Below, one piece after another: positions 1-9,672 of a DNA stretch of 38,059 nucleotides. The notes under the pieces were generated by a model, which worked only from the letters and a program-made list of their open reading frames with translations, searched no databases and had not been told where the DNA came from. The position numbers and the translations under genes are program-made. This DNA comes from Deltaproteobacteria bacterium. GTDB lineage: Bacteria > Desulfobacterota > BSN033 > UBA1163. The stretch covers positions 1 through 38,059 of the forward strand of contig JBBITW010000009.1 in NCBI GenBank assembly GCA_037440525.1. Direction: 5' to 3'. Position 1 is the first letter of the stretch, and each line of letters begins with the position of its first letter.

Positions 1-75
1 TTATTTGGCTAAATAGTATGACTTATTATTTGAGAATGAATTATAATTTATTATGTAACCAATGTAGTTTCATTA

Positions 76-103
76 TTGACTTTTTTTGTAAATAATTTAT
101 TCT
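76..103 (+). promoter_or_regulatory. Putative sigma70 promoter of purN (TTGACT-16bp-TATTCT)
   Basis: TTGACT at 76-81 and TATTCT at 98-103, upstream of the ATG at 137; motif match only, in AT-rich DNA. Confidence 0.35.
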
Positions 104-136
104 CCATATAAAAGGATAGAATATGGTGAGATAAAT

Positions 137-802
137 ATGGGGCAGGCAAAAGAAAAGAAGAGGATTTTAGTTTTTGCGAGTGGAGATAAGGAAGGTGGCG
201 GCAGTGGGTTTCAGGAATTGGTTGAATTTTCAAGAACAGAGCCACCGGTCCTTGATGCAATGATCGTTGGAGTCGTCTCAAACCATCCAAGTGGAGGGGT
301 TCGTAAGAGGGCAGATGCCCTTCAAATCCCTTTCGAATACTGGCCAGGCCCATTTAAAGCAGAAGGATACCGTTTCTTTGTTGAAAAGTATAGAGCTGAC
401 TATGTGATGTGCTCAGGGTGGTTAAAGTTTGTTCGTGGGCTTGACCCTTCGAAGACAGTAAATATTCACCCCGGACCTCTGCCCCGTTTTGGAGGGCAAG
501 GGATGTATGGCCATCATGTCCATGAGGCTGTAATTTCGGCTTATCGTAAGGGAGAGATCAAACAGAGTGCAGTGACTATGCATTTCGTTGATGAAACAGC
601 TTATGATCATGGTCCAATCATATTCCAGATGCCCGTTTTGATAAGACCTGATGATGATGCCGATTCACTTGCAAAAAGGGTTAATGAAAAGGAACGTTCA
701 TGGCAGAGTTATATCTTGAATTTAGTGGTTCATGGATATATTTATTTAAAAGACGGAAAGGTATTTTACAGAGGTATTGAGCCTAAAAGGCTTTTCTATT
801 AA
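137..802 (+). CDS. purN: Phosphoribosylglycinamide formyltransferase
   Basis: N-terminal ILVFASG..GSGF, NIHPGPLPRFGGQGMYGHHVHEAV, TMHFVD..YDHGPII formyltransferase motifs; directly upstream of purL. Confidence 0.88.
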   Translation: MGQAKEKKRILVFASGDKEGGGSGFQELVEFSRTEPPVLDAMIVGVVSNHPSGGVRKRADALQIPFEYWPGPFKAEGYRFFVEKYRADYVMCSGWLKFVRGLDPSKTVNIHPGPLPRFGGQGMYGHHVHEAVISAYRKGEIKQSAVTMHFVDETAYDHGPIIFQMPVLIRPDDDADSLAKRVNEKERSWQSYILNLVVHGYIYLKDGKVFYRGIEPKRLFY

Positions 803-808
803 TTAATA

Positions 809-938
809 CCTAAATTGAGCAATTTTTTATAATGTAGCCGCACCCTTTAGGGTGCGAGGGTTCGGCTTGATCCTCACTCAATGGGTGTCTTTTTGACGCA
901 GGCTAAAGATTTCTTTTAAAAGAATCGCTCAATTTAGA
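809..938. mobile_element. Family A MITE-like element, copy A1 (130 bp), carrying a GTAG-REP hairpin
   Basis: TIRs CCTAAATTGAGCAATT (809-824) and AATCGCTCAATTTAGA (923-938); flanked by TAATA on both sides (804-808, 939-943). Confidence 0.8.
834..856 (+). repeat. GTAG-type REP hairpin GTAGC-CGCACCC-TTTA-GGGTGCG, with a probable truncated partner CGCAGGCTAAAG at 897-908
   Basis: GTAG tetranucleotide followed by a perfect 7-bp stem, the usual architecture of GTAG-class REPs. Confidence 0.7.
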
Positions 939-959
939 TAATAGATAGACCAGGTAATT

Positions 960-3900
960 ATGTATCACTTTTTCTTACCAAAGGATGAAAGTCTGGAATA
1001 CTGTTTCAATGTGGAGACATCTGATCCATTGAATTTAGATGAGCTTTCAATTCTAAAGCAGATACTAACAGAAGGTTTTTTAGTGGAAAAAATATCAACC
1101 GAGCCAATGTCACCTGAGGGACATGAGGTGGTAGAACTGGGACCACGTTTGAATTTTGCGACGGCCTATTCAACAAATCTTGTTTCAATCTGTCATACAT
1201 GCGGGCTTAACAAGGTTAACCGTATAGAGCGCTCTCGCCGATACTACCTATCCCCCAAGCTGGATAAGGAGAGTTTTATTCGAGAAAATCATGATCGAAT
1301 GACAGAGTGTGTGTATGACCGACCACTGGAAAGTTTTGAATCTGGGATCGTTCCTGAGCCTGTTTATGAAGTTCCACTTCGGGAGAAGGGGTTGAAGGCC
1401 TTTGAAGAGATTCCTGGTCTTGCAATGGATGAGTGGGATAGAAGGCTCTATTATGATTATTTCGTTAAGGAGGAGAAAAGAAATCCTACAATAGTTGAGA
1501 TAAGGGACCTCGATAATGCAAACAGCGAACACTCACGCCACGGGTATTTCAAAGGTAGACAGATCATAGATGGTGTGGTTATGCCTGAGACACTTCTCGA
1601 TATCGTCAAATCAACGCTTAAGGCTAATCCATCCAATAGCGTTATCGCCTTTAAGGACAATTCAAGCGGGATAAGAGGATATGAATGCTGGACAATTATT
1701 CCACAACAACCTGGCAGGCCTTCACCTTTTGAGAAAGAAAGGGTTCATTACCATATAATCTTTACTGCGGAAACCCACAATTTTCCAACAGGGGTTGCTC
1801 CATTCCCGGGTGCTGAAACAGGCACAGGTGGAAGGCTCATGGATGTACACGCCACGGGAAGAGGGGGCCTTGTGGTGGCTGGAACAACAGGGTACTGTGT
1901 TGCCAACCTTCTTATCCCTAATTATGATCTGCCCTGGGAGGATAAGAAATCTTTTTATCCATCGAACCTGGCTTCCCCCCTTACAATTGAAATAAGGGCA
2001 AGTGATGGGGCAAGCGATTACGGCAATAAGTTTGGAGAACCTGTAATATTAGGTTTTACACGTTCATTTGATCAAAGGCTTCCCGGTGGTGAACGATGGG
2101 CGTGGATTAAACCGATAATGTTCACAGGTGGGATAGGGCAGATCGATGCCCGCCATATAGAGAAAGAGGAACCCCAGAAAGGGATGTTGATTGTTCAGGT
2201 GGGAGGCCCTGCTTATGGAATTGGTGTAAGTGGAGGGTCAGCATCAAGTAAACTCCAGGGGGAGAATATAGAGGAGCTTGATTTTAATGCTGTCCAGCGT
2301 GGCGATGCAGAGATGGAGCAGAAGCTGAATCGTGTTATTCGGGCCTGTATCGAAATGGGTGATAGGAATCCTATTGCAAGTGTACATGACCAGGGTGCAG
2401 GTGGCCCTGCCAACGTGCTGAAGGAACTCGTTGAAAAGGCCGGGGGCAGAATAGAACTGAGGCGTATCAAACTCGGTGATACAACACTCTCTGTTCTTAA
2501 AATATGGATTGCAGAATACCAGGAGCGAAACGGGTTCTTAATTCCCTTTGATAGGATCGAAGAATTCAAATCCATATGCGAGAGGGAAAAGGTTAATTGT
2601 GAGGTCCTCGGAGAGGTTACAGGAGACGGGAGATTCATTGTGCACGATGAAAAGGATGATTCGATCCCTGTAAATCTAAATCTTTCAAAGGTTTTGGGCA
2701 ATATGCCCCAGAAGACATTCAGGGATGAAAGAAAAAGACCTTTACTTGAGCCCATTAAATTGCCGGATTTCCCCAATATCGAAGAGCCCCTTTCTCGTGT
2801 TCTACGAAACCTTGCTGTCTGTTCAAAGAGATTCCTTACAAATAAGGTTGATCGAAGCGTTACGGGATTGATTGCCCGCCAGCAATGCTGCGGCCCACTA
2901 CAATTAACGATTGCTGATGTGGCAGTAATTGCCCAGAGCCACTTCGGTTTAACTGGAGCCGCCACCTCAATTGGAGAACAACCAATAAAAATGCTCATAA
3001 GTCCAGAGGCAGGGGCACGAATGGCAGTTGGAGAGGCATTGACCAATATTGTCTGGGCGAAGGTAAGTGGATTGGAGGATATCAAGTGTTCAGCAAATTG
3101 GATGTGGGCACCAAAGCTTTCGGGTGAAGGCGCAGCCCTTTATGATGCAGTCACCTCGATGAGGGATATTATGATCCGGTTGGGTATTGCAGTGGATGGA
3201 GGAAAGGATAGTCTTTCCATGGCAACCAGGGTTGGAGAGGAGATTGTTAAATCCCCTCGTGAACTTGTAATTTCAGCTTACGTTACAATGCCAGATATTA
3301 CAAAAGTTGTTACTCCTGATTTAAAGAAACCAGGAGAGACAGAATTAATATTCATTGATATAGCCCAAGGCAAGACGCGGCTTGGAGGATCGATTTTAGC
3401 CCAGGTTTACGGTCAGATCGGAGACAATCCCCCTGACCTCGATGACCCTGATATGCTCAAAAGGGCATTTCTTGCAATCCAGGAGTTGATATCAAAAGAT
3501 TTAATTCTTTCAGGACATGACATAAGTGATGGTGGACTTATCACAACCATCCTCGAGATGGCATTTTCAGGAAATTGTGGTTTGAAGATTGAAATGGAAG
3601 GTCCGTGGAGTCCTCTTGAGAGGTTCTTTTCGGAGGAACTGGGGGCTGTAATTGATTGTCATAAAGAGGATACCAGGAAGGTATTGGAGATTCTTGATTC
3701 TTTCAATCTCAACTCGACCCTTATTGGAGAAACAATAAAGGAGAAGAAGATTAGTATCACCTATAATGGATACAGGGTTCTCGAATCGGATATGCGAATT
3801 TTACGCCAGTTATGGGAGGAGACATCATATCAGATCGAACGTCTCCAGATGAATCCCAGTTGCGCAGATGAAGAGAAGAGGAACATCTTTGACCGTAAAG

Positions 3901-4787
3901 GTCCGACCTATAACCTTACATTTGACCCCCAACCGACTCCATCTCACATTCTTGAAATCAGAAACAAACCAGAGGTAGCTATTCTCAGGGAAGAGGGAAG
4001 CAATGGTGATAGAGAAATGACATCTGCATTCTACCAGGCAGGCTTCAGACCATGGGACATCACTATGACAGATCTGATAAAAGGGCGAGTGACATTGGAT
4101 GGTTTCAGCGGGCTTGTTTCGGTTGGAGGATTCTCTTACGCAGATGTTCCTGAAAGTGCTAAGGGGTGGGCCTCAGTGATTCGATTCAATGAAAGACTGA
4201 GAAAGATGTTTGATGATTTTTATAACCGTCCTGACACATTCAGTCTCGGTGTTTGCAATGGGTGTCAGCTATTTGCACTCTTAGGATGGGTTCCATGGTC
4301 TGGAATTCCTGACTTTAGGCAGCCACGCTTCATCCAGAATCTATCACGACGTTTTGAATCTCGTTGGGTGACAGTAAAGATACTCGAGAGCCCGGCAATC
4401 ATGTTTAAAGGCATGGAAGGTTCAGTTCTTGGTATCTGGGTGGCTCATGGTGAGGGGAGGCTCTTCTTCCCCGATCAGACACTCCTTGATGAGGTGATGG
4501 AGAAAAAACTTGTGCCGCTTATATTTGTAGATGATGAGGGAAGGGGAGATGGTAGAATTCCACATAGTTATCCATATAATCCAAATGGTTCTCCTTTTGG
4601 CATAACAGGACTCTGCTCTCCAGATGGACGACATCTCGCTATGATGCCACATCCCGAGCGGTCATTTCTCAAATGGCAATGGCCATGGATGCCCGAGGAT
4701 TTTAAACACCGATTAAAGGCATCCCCCTGGATTCAGATGTTCCAGAACGCAAGGGATTGGTGTAATGGGAAGAGATTTGATGATTGA
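960..4787 (+). CDS. purL: Phosphoribosylformylglycinamidine synthase, large single-chain form with fused glutaminase domain
   Basis: 1275 aa; NSEHSRH, AETHNFPT, HDQGAGG, DGGKDSLSM, GHDISDGG motifs; glutaminase GVCNGCQ and MMPHPER. Confidence 0.96.
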   Translation: MYHFFLPKDESLEYCFNVETSDPLNLDELSILKQILTEGFLVEKISTEPMSPEGHEVVELGPRLNFATAYSTNLVSICHTCGLNKVNRIERSRRYYLSPKLDKESFIRENHDRMTECVYDRPLESFESGIVPEPVYEVPLREKGLKAFEEIPGLAMDEWDRRLYYDYFVKEEKRNPTIVEIRDLDNANSEHSRHGYFKGRQIIDGVVMPETLLDIVKSTLKANPSNSVIAFKDNSSGIRGYECWTIIPQQPGRPSPFEKERVHYHIIFTAETHNFPTGVAPFPGAETGTGGRLMDVHATGRGGLVVAGTTGYCVANLLIPNYDLPWEDKKSFYPSNLASPLTIEIRASDGASDYGNKFGEPVILGFTRSFDQRLPGGERWAWIKPIMFTGGIGQIDARHIEKEEPQKGMLIVQVGGPAYGIGVSGGSASSKLQGENIEELDFNAVQRGDAEMEQKLNRVIRACIEMGDRNPIASVHDQGAGGPANVLKELVEKAGGRIELRRIKLGDTTLSVLKIWIAEYQERNGFLIPFDRIEEFKSICEREKVNCEVLGEVTGDGRFIVHDEKDDSIPVNLNLSKVLGNMPQKTFRDERKRPLLEPIKLPDFPNIEEPLSRVLRNLAVCSKRFLTNKVDRSVTGLIARQQCCGPLQLTIADVAVIAQSHFGLTGAATSIGEQPIKMLISPEAGARMAVGEALTNIVWAKVSGLEDIKCSANWMWAPKLSGEGAALYDAVTSMRDIMIRLGIAVDGGKDSLSMATRVGEEIVKSPRELVISAYVTMPDITKVVTPDLKKPGETELIFIDIAQGKTRLGGSILAQVYGQIGDNPPDLDDPDMLKRAFLAIQELISKDLILSGHDISDGGLITTILEMAFSGNCGLKIEMEGPWSPLERFFSEELGAVIDCHKEDTRKVLEILDSFNLNSTLIGETIKEKKISITYNGYRVLESDMRILRQLWEETSYQIERLQMNPSCADEEKRNIFDRKGPTYNLTFDPQPTPSHILEIRNKPEVAILREEGSNGDREMTSAFYQAGFRPWDITMTDLIKGRVTLDGFSGLVSVGGFSYADVPESAKGWASVIRFNERLRKMFDDFYNRPDTFSLGVCNGCQLFALLGWVPWSGIPDFRQPRFIQNLSRRFESRWVTVKILESPAIMFKGMEGSVLGIWVAHGEGRLFFPDQTLLDEVMEKKLVPLIFVDDEGRGDGRIPHSYPYNPNGSPFGITGLCSPDGRHLAMMPHPERSFLKWQWPWMPEDFKHRLKASPWIQMFQNARDWCNGKRFDD

Positions 4788-5931
4788 GGGGTATAAGATG
4801 GATGATATTGAGATTGTTCAGAGGATAAAGAAGGATATAGAGGAAGATAGGCCCGAAGAAGAGATTCTTAAATGGGTTCTTCAAAAATTTGGAGATGGAC
4901 AAAAATTGAGTAAAAATACAGTGGAATCAATTACCACAATCCAGCATCCGAAGATTGCCAAGATTCTTAATGCCCTATTGGGGCTTCCGGTTGAGAAGGA
5001 AATTAAAAAGACAATAAAGAGATCACTCTATCGACTAAAGAGTAAAGGGGTAATCACAGAGGATATTTCTTCTAAGAATGAAACTCCTGTTTTTCGGCCT
5101 TTACCCCGGGAGTCACCAAAGGGATTTGCAGGGAATATCGATACTCTGGGTCGCCGCATTTTAATGCTTGTAGAGCCTATGGGTAACCGAGGAGTAAATT
5201 TGATGTATGGAGTTTCAAGCGATACTGAAGGGTTGATAAGTTTTGTTGGTTTGGAGTTTACTCGAAAGCAATTCAGAACCTTTTTTGAGGACATAAAGCT
5301 AAAGGATAAATTGATTCTAATTGAGATTGAGCCTTCCTATGTGGGGCATCTATTTTTTAAGGCATATGGGTTAAATCTTGAAAAGGGGAAAGAGATTCCA
5401 CAGGATTATCTTCTTTTTAAGAGTGTGATCGAGAAGGTGAGGAAAGATTATGAAAAAACATTAATCTATTCCTATCTGAGAGAGGAAGAGATAGAGGGAG
5501 ATGGTTACCTTTTAAGGCGAGGAGGAGAACTCCTCGAGTTGGATCTTTTTAATGGATGGCTGATAGATGAAAAAGAGATAAGGCCTTATGGGGATATGAT
5601 TTGGGAGGCTGAGTCATCAAGAATTGTTTTGACCAAGATTCAGAAGGAGGCCCGATTTCAGGATATATATCGAAAGGCATTGTATGAAATTTTTACCGAT
5701 GAGAGAAGATTACTCTATCAACAGAGGCTCGAAGAGATGGCATATATTCTATTGAGATTAGGAAGAGATGAGCAAGCAAGGATTTCATTTGCCCAAGCCC
5801 TGGATTTGAGGAGGCCTGTAAATATATTTCAACCCAATCCCTTCCTCCTTAAATTGGTCATAAAATCCATCCGTTATGCTATGGAAGATGCCTATAAGGA
5901 AAAGGAGTCTTCACTGATTTTGAGGCCCTGA
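4765..5931 (+). CDS. Hypothetical protein (true start may be 4780 or 4798)
   Basis: 388-codon ORF co-oriented and abutting purL; no motif recognised. Confidence 0.75.
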   Translation: MGRDLMIEGYKMDDIEIVQRIKKDIEEDRPEEEILKWVLQKFGDGQKLSKNTVESITTIQHPKIAKILNALLGLPVEKEIKKTIKRSLYRLKSKGVITEDISSKNETPVFRPLPRESPKGFAGNIDTLGRRILMLVEPMGNRGVNLMYGVSSDTEGLISFVGLEFTRKQFRTFFEDIKLKDKLILIEIEPSYVGHLFFKAYGLNLEKGKEIPQDYLLFKSVIEKVRKDYEKTLIYSYLREEEIEGDGYLLRRGGELLELDLFNGWLIDEKEIRPYGDMIWEAESSRIVLTKIQKEARFQDIYRKALYEIFTDERRLLYQQRLEEMAYILLRLGRDEQARISFAQALDLRRPVNIFQPNPFLLKLVIKSIRYAMEDAYKEKESSLILRP

Positions 5932-5955
5932 TCAAGTTGGTCGGAGGTTTATAAA

Positions 5956-7074
5956 ATGAAGAAGTGGCTAATTACTGGGATGGTCATTGTAGTTTTAATT
6001 ATTGGAGCATATTTAATACTTTCATTTTATGCAGTAAGATTTATACGCGAGAGACTTCAAATTGTAGCAGGATCGGGACTAAAAGTTTCTGAGATCAGTG
6101 TAAAACCAACCTCTCTCTCATTTAAAAGTCTTAGATATGTAGATCCCTCTTCAGGGAAGAAACTTTTGGAGATAAATGATATGAGAATCTATCCCGATTT
6201 ATTCTCGCTTTTAAAAAAGGAGGTGATCATACGGGATTGGATTGTAAGGGGGGCTTCTCTCCATTTCTACAGATCTGAAGAAGGAAATATTACTGGTCCC
6301 TGGGTATTAACAAAGAGAGAAGAACAGGAAGGTGAAAAATCAGAAAAGGAGAGAAAAGGTAAAATACCTGTAAGAATTAAGATTGAACGATTCAGGATGG
6401 AGGAGGGGGCATTAGATTTTGAGGATAGAGGGGTAGAAGGGAATCCTGCAGAGATCAGGTTGAGAAAACTTGATCTAAATGTAAGGCAAGTAAGATTCCC
6501 CACTGTCTCAGGCCCTTCACCTATTGAATTGCAAGGTAAAATAAAAGGGGAGAAAAGAGAAGGAGAGATCTATGCAAATGGCTGGATAGATCTTAAAACC
6601 ATGGATGTTTCGACATCTTTAAAAATTTTGGGGATGGATTTAAAGACTTTTAAACCCTATTATAGAAAAAAGGTTTCAGCAGAGATAGAATCAGGGTATA
6701 TGAATATGGATGTAAAGATTTCGGTGAAAGAGAAGAGGATTGATGCCCCAGGCCAGATGGAGCTCGTGGATTTTAAAATTAAAGAAGATGGGACAATCTT
6801 CTATATTCCTGCGAGGACCCTTGTTTCTCTTCTCAGAGATAGAGGAAATCGAATCAAATTCCAGTTCCATGTAGTGGGTGATATAGGAGATCCAAGGTTT
6901 AAACTTCGAGAAAATCTCTTGAGCCGGATAGGAATTTCTCTTGCTGAAAGCCTTGGAATTCCAATAAAGGTTTTCGGGGAAAGGCTCCTTGAAGGTTCTG
7001 GCAAAGGGGCAGAGGGCCTTATAGAGGGATTGAGATCGATTGAAGAACTGTTTAAAAAGAGAAAGAAAAAGTGA
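5956..7074 (+). CDS. Membrane-anchored DUF748/AsmA-like protein
   Basis: GGAGG RBS, N-terminal hydrophobic anchor, beta-rich body, C-terminal LLRDRGNRIKFQFHVVGDIGDPRF typical of DUF748 proteins. Confidence 0.7.
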   Translation: MKKWLITGMVIVVLIIGAYLILSFYAVRFIRERLQIVAGSGLKVSEISVKPTSLSFKSLRYVDPSSGKKLLEINDMRIYPDLFSLLKKEVIIRDWIVRGASLHFYRSEEGNITGPWVLTKREEQEGEKSEKERKGKIPVRIKIERFRMEEGALDFEDRGVEGNPAEIRLRKLDLNVRQVRFPTVSGPSPIELQGKIKGEKREGEIYANGWIDLKTMDVSTSLKILGMDLKTFKPYYRKKVSAEIESGYMNMDVKISVKEKRIDAPGQMELVDFKIKEDGTIFYIPARTLVSLLRDRGNRIKFQFHVVGDIGDPRFKLRENLLSRIGISLAESLGIPIKVFGERLLEGSGKGAEGLIEGLRSIEELFKKRKKK

Positions 7075-7088
7075 GGATGAAAGTTATC

Positions 7089-7260
7089 CCTAAATTGAGC
7101 GATTCCAAATTGTCATTCCGAGCGGAGCGAGGAATCTATAAGATTGCAACGCCTTCTGCTCGCAACGACTTCGTCGGATTGCCAAACACCCTTGGGGTGC
7201 TCGCAATGACTGATCCGCCTTTGGCGGAAAGGCTTTTAGTAAAAAATCGCTCAATTTAGG
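7089..7260. mobile_element. Family A MITE-like element, copy A2 (172 bp), carrying GTCATT palindromic modules
   Basis: Perfect 16-bp TIRs CCTAAATTGAGCGATT / AATCGCTCAATTTAGG; internal TGTCATTCCGAGCGGAGCGAGGAATCT, two GATTGC...CTCGCAAYGAC modules, TCCGCCTTTGGCGGA. Confidence 0.85.
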
Positions 7261-7337
7261 TAAAAATATCATCGAGCCGAGCTTTCCATTTTTAAATCAA
7301 TTCATAATTGGAGTTTTTATATAATGGGGGTGTTAAT

Positions 7338-8420
7338 ATGATGACAAGAAAGGAATTCCTTGAGCAAGTGATGAAGATGGCTAATCTGAAGGATTTAAAA
7401 CAGGCTGATGACGCAGCCCGTGCTGTAATTTCACTTACTAAGTTGATCATTGGACCTAAATTATCGCAAAAGATTGCAGATATCTCACCACCAGATCTTC
7501 GTGAAGGGTGGGAATCTATTAAACCTGCATTTCCAAAAAAAACAATTAAAATTATTACAGGACCTGGAGGTGAAGATGCTGATATACGTGAGATTGTTTT
7601 TCATCTCCAGAAATATCTTGGGGTGGATGTCATAGTCGAAAACATAGTAGGCTTCCGGGGAAAGACCCCTTTCGAAAAGTTCCAGCTGACTGAGCCTGAT
7701 GGATATACTTTGATTAGCTACACCTTTCCAAGGAGCATCATTATCGAGAATATGGGCGAGAGCAAATTTAAAACTAAAGATTTCACTCCGATCTATGCCT
7801 GGTCTTCCGGGAATCAATTCCTGGTTGTTTCTTCTGAAACCTATAATACCTTTGATGAGTTTTTGAAGGAGGCTCAGACAAGGACTCTTACAGGATCAAT
7901 CCCAATAAGAGGTGGGATTATTCATCTTGTTGGGCTTCTATTAGCTGATGGGCTAAAGATCAATGTAAACTGGATTCCTTATGAAGGTTCTGCTCCAAGT
8001 ATTTCGGCCCTGGTGCGCAGAGAGGTTGATTTTACGATCTGTGTTGCTTCGGCCCTTCCGTCATGGATTAAGGCAGGGAGAATAAGGGTGCTTGCTATGA
8101 TTCCTGATAGGTCTGGAAGTCGTAGCCCTTATTTTCCGGATATTCCCACCATGAAAGAATTGGGATATGATGTAGATTTTATTACGATTAGACATGTTAT
8201 TGAAGCTCCACCCGATACGCCACCTCATATTATAAAAATTTTGGAAGAAGCCTTTAAAAAAGCGATTAAAGAGCCTGCCTATGTCAAATGGGCTAAGAAA
8301 AATTATGTAATCATTGATCCATTAACCCCTCAAGAATTTTCTAAGGAGATAGCCGAGGCATATTCAAAAATAGAAAGATTTAAAGAAATGTTCAGGGAAG
8401 AGAGGACCCCAATGGAATAG
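7338..8420 (+). CDS. Tripartite tricarboxylate transporter substrate-binding-like (Bug/TctC) protein with N-terminal DUF2267-like domain
   Basis: FPKKTIKII..GPGG, EPDGYTL, WIPYEGSAPSISALV, FPDIPTMKELGY, APPDTPPHII are Bug/TctC hallmarks; start set to ATG 7338 after a GGGGGTG RBS; the first ~60 aa are charged and helical, not a signal peptide. Confidence 0.75.
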   Translation: MMTRKEFLEQVMKMANLKDLKQADDAARAVISLTKLIIGPKLSQKIADISPPDLREGWESIKPAFPKKTIKIITGPGGEDADIREIVFHLQKYLGVDVIVENIVGFRGKTPFEKFQLTEPDGYTLISYTFPRSIIIENMGESKFKTKDFTPIYAWSSGNQFLVVSSETYNTFDEFLKEAQTRTLTGSIPIRGGIIHLVGLLLADGLKINVNWIPYEGSAPSISALVRREVDFTICVASALPSWIKAGRIRVLAMIPDRSGSRSPYFPDIPTMKELGYDVDFITIRHVIEAPPDTPPHIIKILEEAFKKAIKEPAYVKWAKKNYVIIDPLTPQEFSKEIAEAYSKIERFKEMFREERTPME

Positions 8421-8472
8421 GTATTTATTTGGTACCTTGTCAATATCCCTAAGCGGCAATAAAAATGATTTA

Positions 8473-9582
8473 TTATCGTTCTCTCTTGCCTGCGATGAAT
8501 TCCTCCACCATCAATTTAGCTTCGTTATCAGGAAACTGGATAAATGGATGTTTCATCGCATAGGCCGAGATAGAGATAAGGGGGCCTCCTATTCCTCTTT
8601 CGCGGGCAATCTTACAACATCGGATTGAATCGATCGTAATTCCACCACTATTTGGAGAGTCTTCTACCGATAGCCTCAATTCGAGATTTAGCGGGACTTC
8701 TCCAAAACCACGACCTTCCATACGTAAGAAACAGACCTTATTGTCTTTTTGCCAGGGGACATAATCCGATGGACCGATATGTATGTTTTCAGGTTCCAGA
8801 GGGATTTCAAGCTGGGACTGAATGGCCTCAGTTTTGGAAATCCGTTTATTCTTCAGACGGTTTCGATTTAGCATATTCAGAAAATCTGTATTTCCACCTG
8901 TGTTGATTTGATAGGTGCGATCAAGTTTGACTCCACGATCTTCAAACAGTTTTACAAGGGTTCTATGAATAATGGTTGCACCCATCTGCGACTTTACATC
9001 ATCTCCAATAGCAGGAATTCCTTTTTCTTCAAATCTCTTTGCCCAATTTGGATCAGAGACAATGAAACTTGGCATACAATTTATTAAACTTACTCCAGTT
9101 GCAAGACATGCCTCTGCATAGAATTGAGTTGCAAGATCAGAGCCAACAGGAAGATAGTTCAGGAGGATTTCAACACCCGATTCCCTGAGGACTTTCTCTA
9201 CATTGCAAGGTTTTTCTTTTGCGACAATGAAGGTCCTATCCTCAGGAAAATCCCTCATATGTTCGGAGACCCCATCGAGTACTTCACCCATAGAAACTAT
9301 CACCCCTGAATTATTGAAATTCCTAAAAAATGTGGTGGTACAATTGGGTTTAGCAAAGATAGCCTCCCTCAGTGGTCTACCAACCTTTCTTTTATCGATA
9401 TCGAAGGCGGCTCCAACCTCTATATCCCAGGGTTTGTAACCTCCTATATCAAGGTGCATCAGACCGAGAGGTTCAAATTTTGGATTCTTCTGACTTAGGT
9501 CTCTGTAGAATTCAATCCCCTGGATAAGAGCACTTGCACAATTCCCAACACCAACAATACCGATTCGGATCGAATTCTTCAT
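8473..9582 (-). CDS. ino1: myo-inositol-1-phosphate (inositol-3-phosphate) synthase
   Basis: IVGVGNCASALIQG, NYLPVGS, GDDVKSQMGAT, YQINTGGNTDFLNM, VEDSPNSGG motifs. Confidence 0.95.
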   Translation of the reverse strand: MKNSIRIGIVGVGNCASALIQGIEFYRDLSQKNPKFEPLGLMHLDIGGYKPWDIEVGAAFDIDKRKVGRPLREAIFAKPNCTTTFFRNFNNSGVIVSMGEVLDGVSEHMRDFPEDRTFIVAKEKPCNVEKVLRESGVEILLNYLPVGSDLATQFYAEACLATGVSLINCMPSFIVSDPNWAKRFEEKGIPAIGDDVKSQMGATIIHRTLVKLFEDRGVKLDRTYQINTGGNTDFLNMLNRNRLKNKRISKTEAIQSQLEIPLEPENIHIGPSDYVPWQKDNKVCFLRMEGRGFGEVPLNLELRLSVEDSPNSGGITIDSIRCCKIARERGIGGPLISISAYAMKHPFIQFPDNEAKLMVEEFIAGKRER

Positions 9583-9632
9583 AAGATTTCAACCTTTCCA
9601 ATAAATTGAAAAATGGTTTTATAATCAGAAAA

Positions 9633-9661
9633 AAACTATCTTATTTCAATTCAATTGTCAA
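9633..9661 (-). promoter_or_regulatory. Putative sigma70 promoter of ino1 (TTGACA-17bp-TAGTTT)
   Basis: Perfect -35 at 9661-9656, 17-bp spacer, partial -10 at 9638-9633. Confidence 0.45.
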
Positions 9662-9672
9662 GAATTTTTGTA

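Noticed and set aside
2213-3085. 290-aa antisense ORF inside purL (and 27376..27963 antisense to galT/glnA, plus other shadow ORFs)
   Set aside because: Antisense shadows of well-supported genes, with Ser/Pro-rich composition and no motifs
7071-7272. Short ORFs 7071..7259(+) and 7090..7272(-)
   Set aside because: They lie almost entirely within repeat A2; the peptides (LSFRAERGI, PPKAD) are translations of palindromic modules
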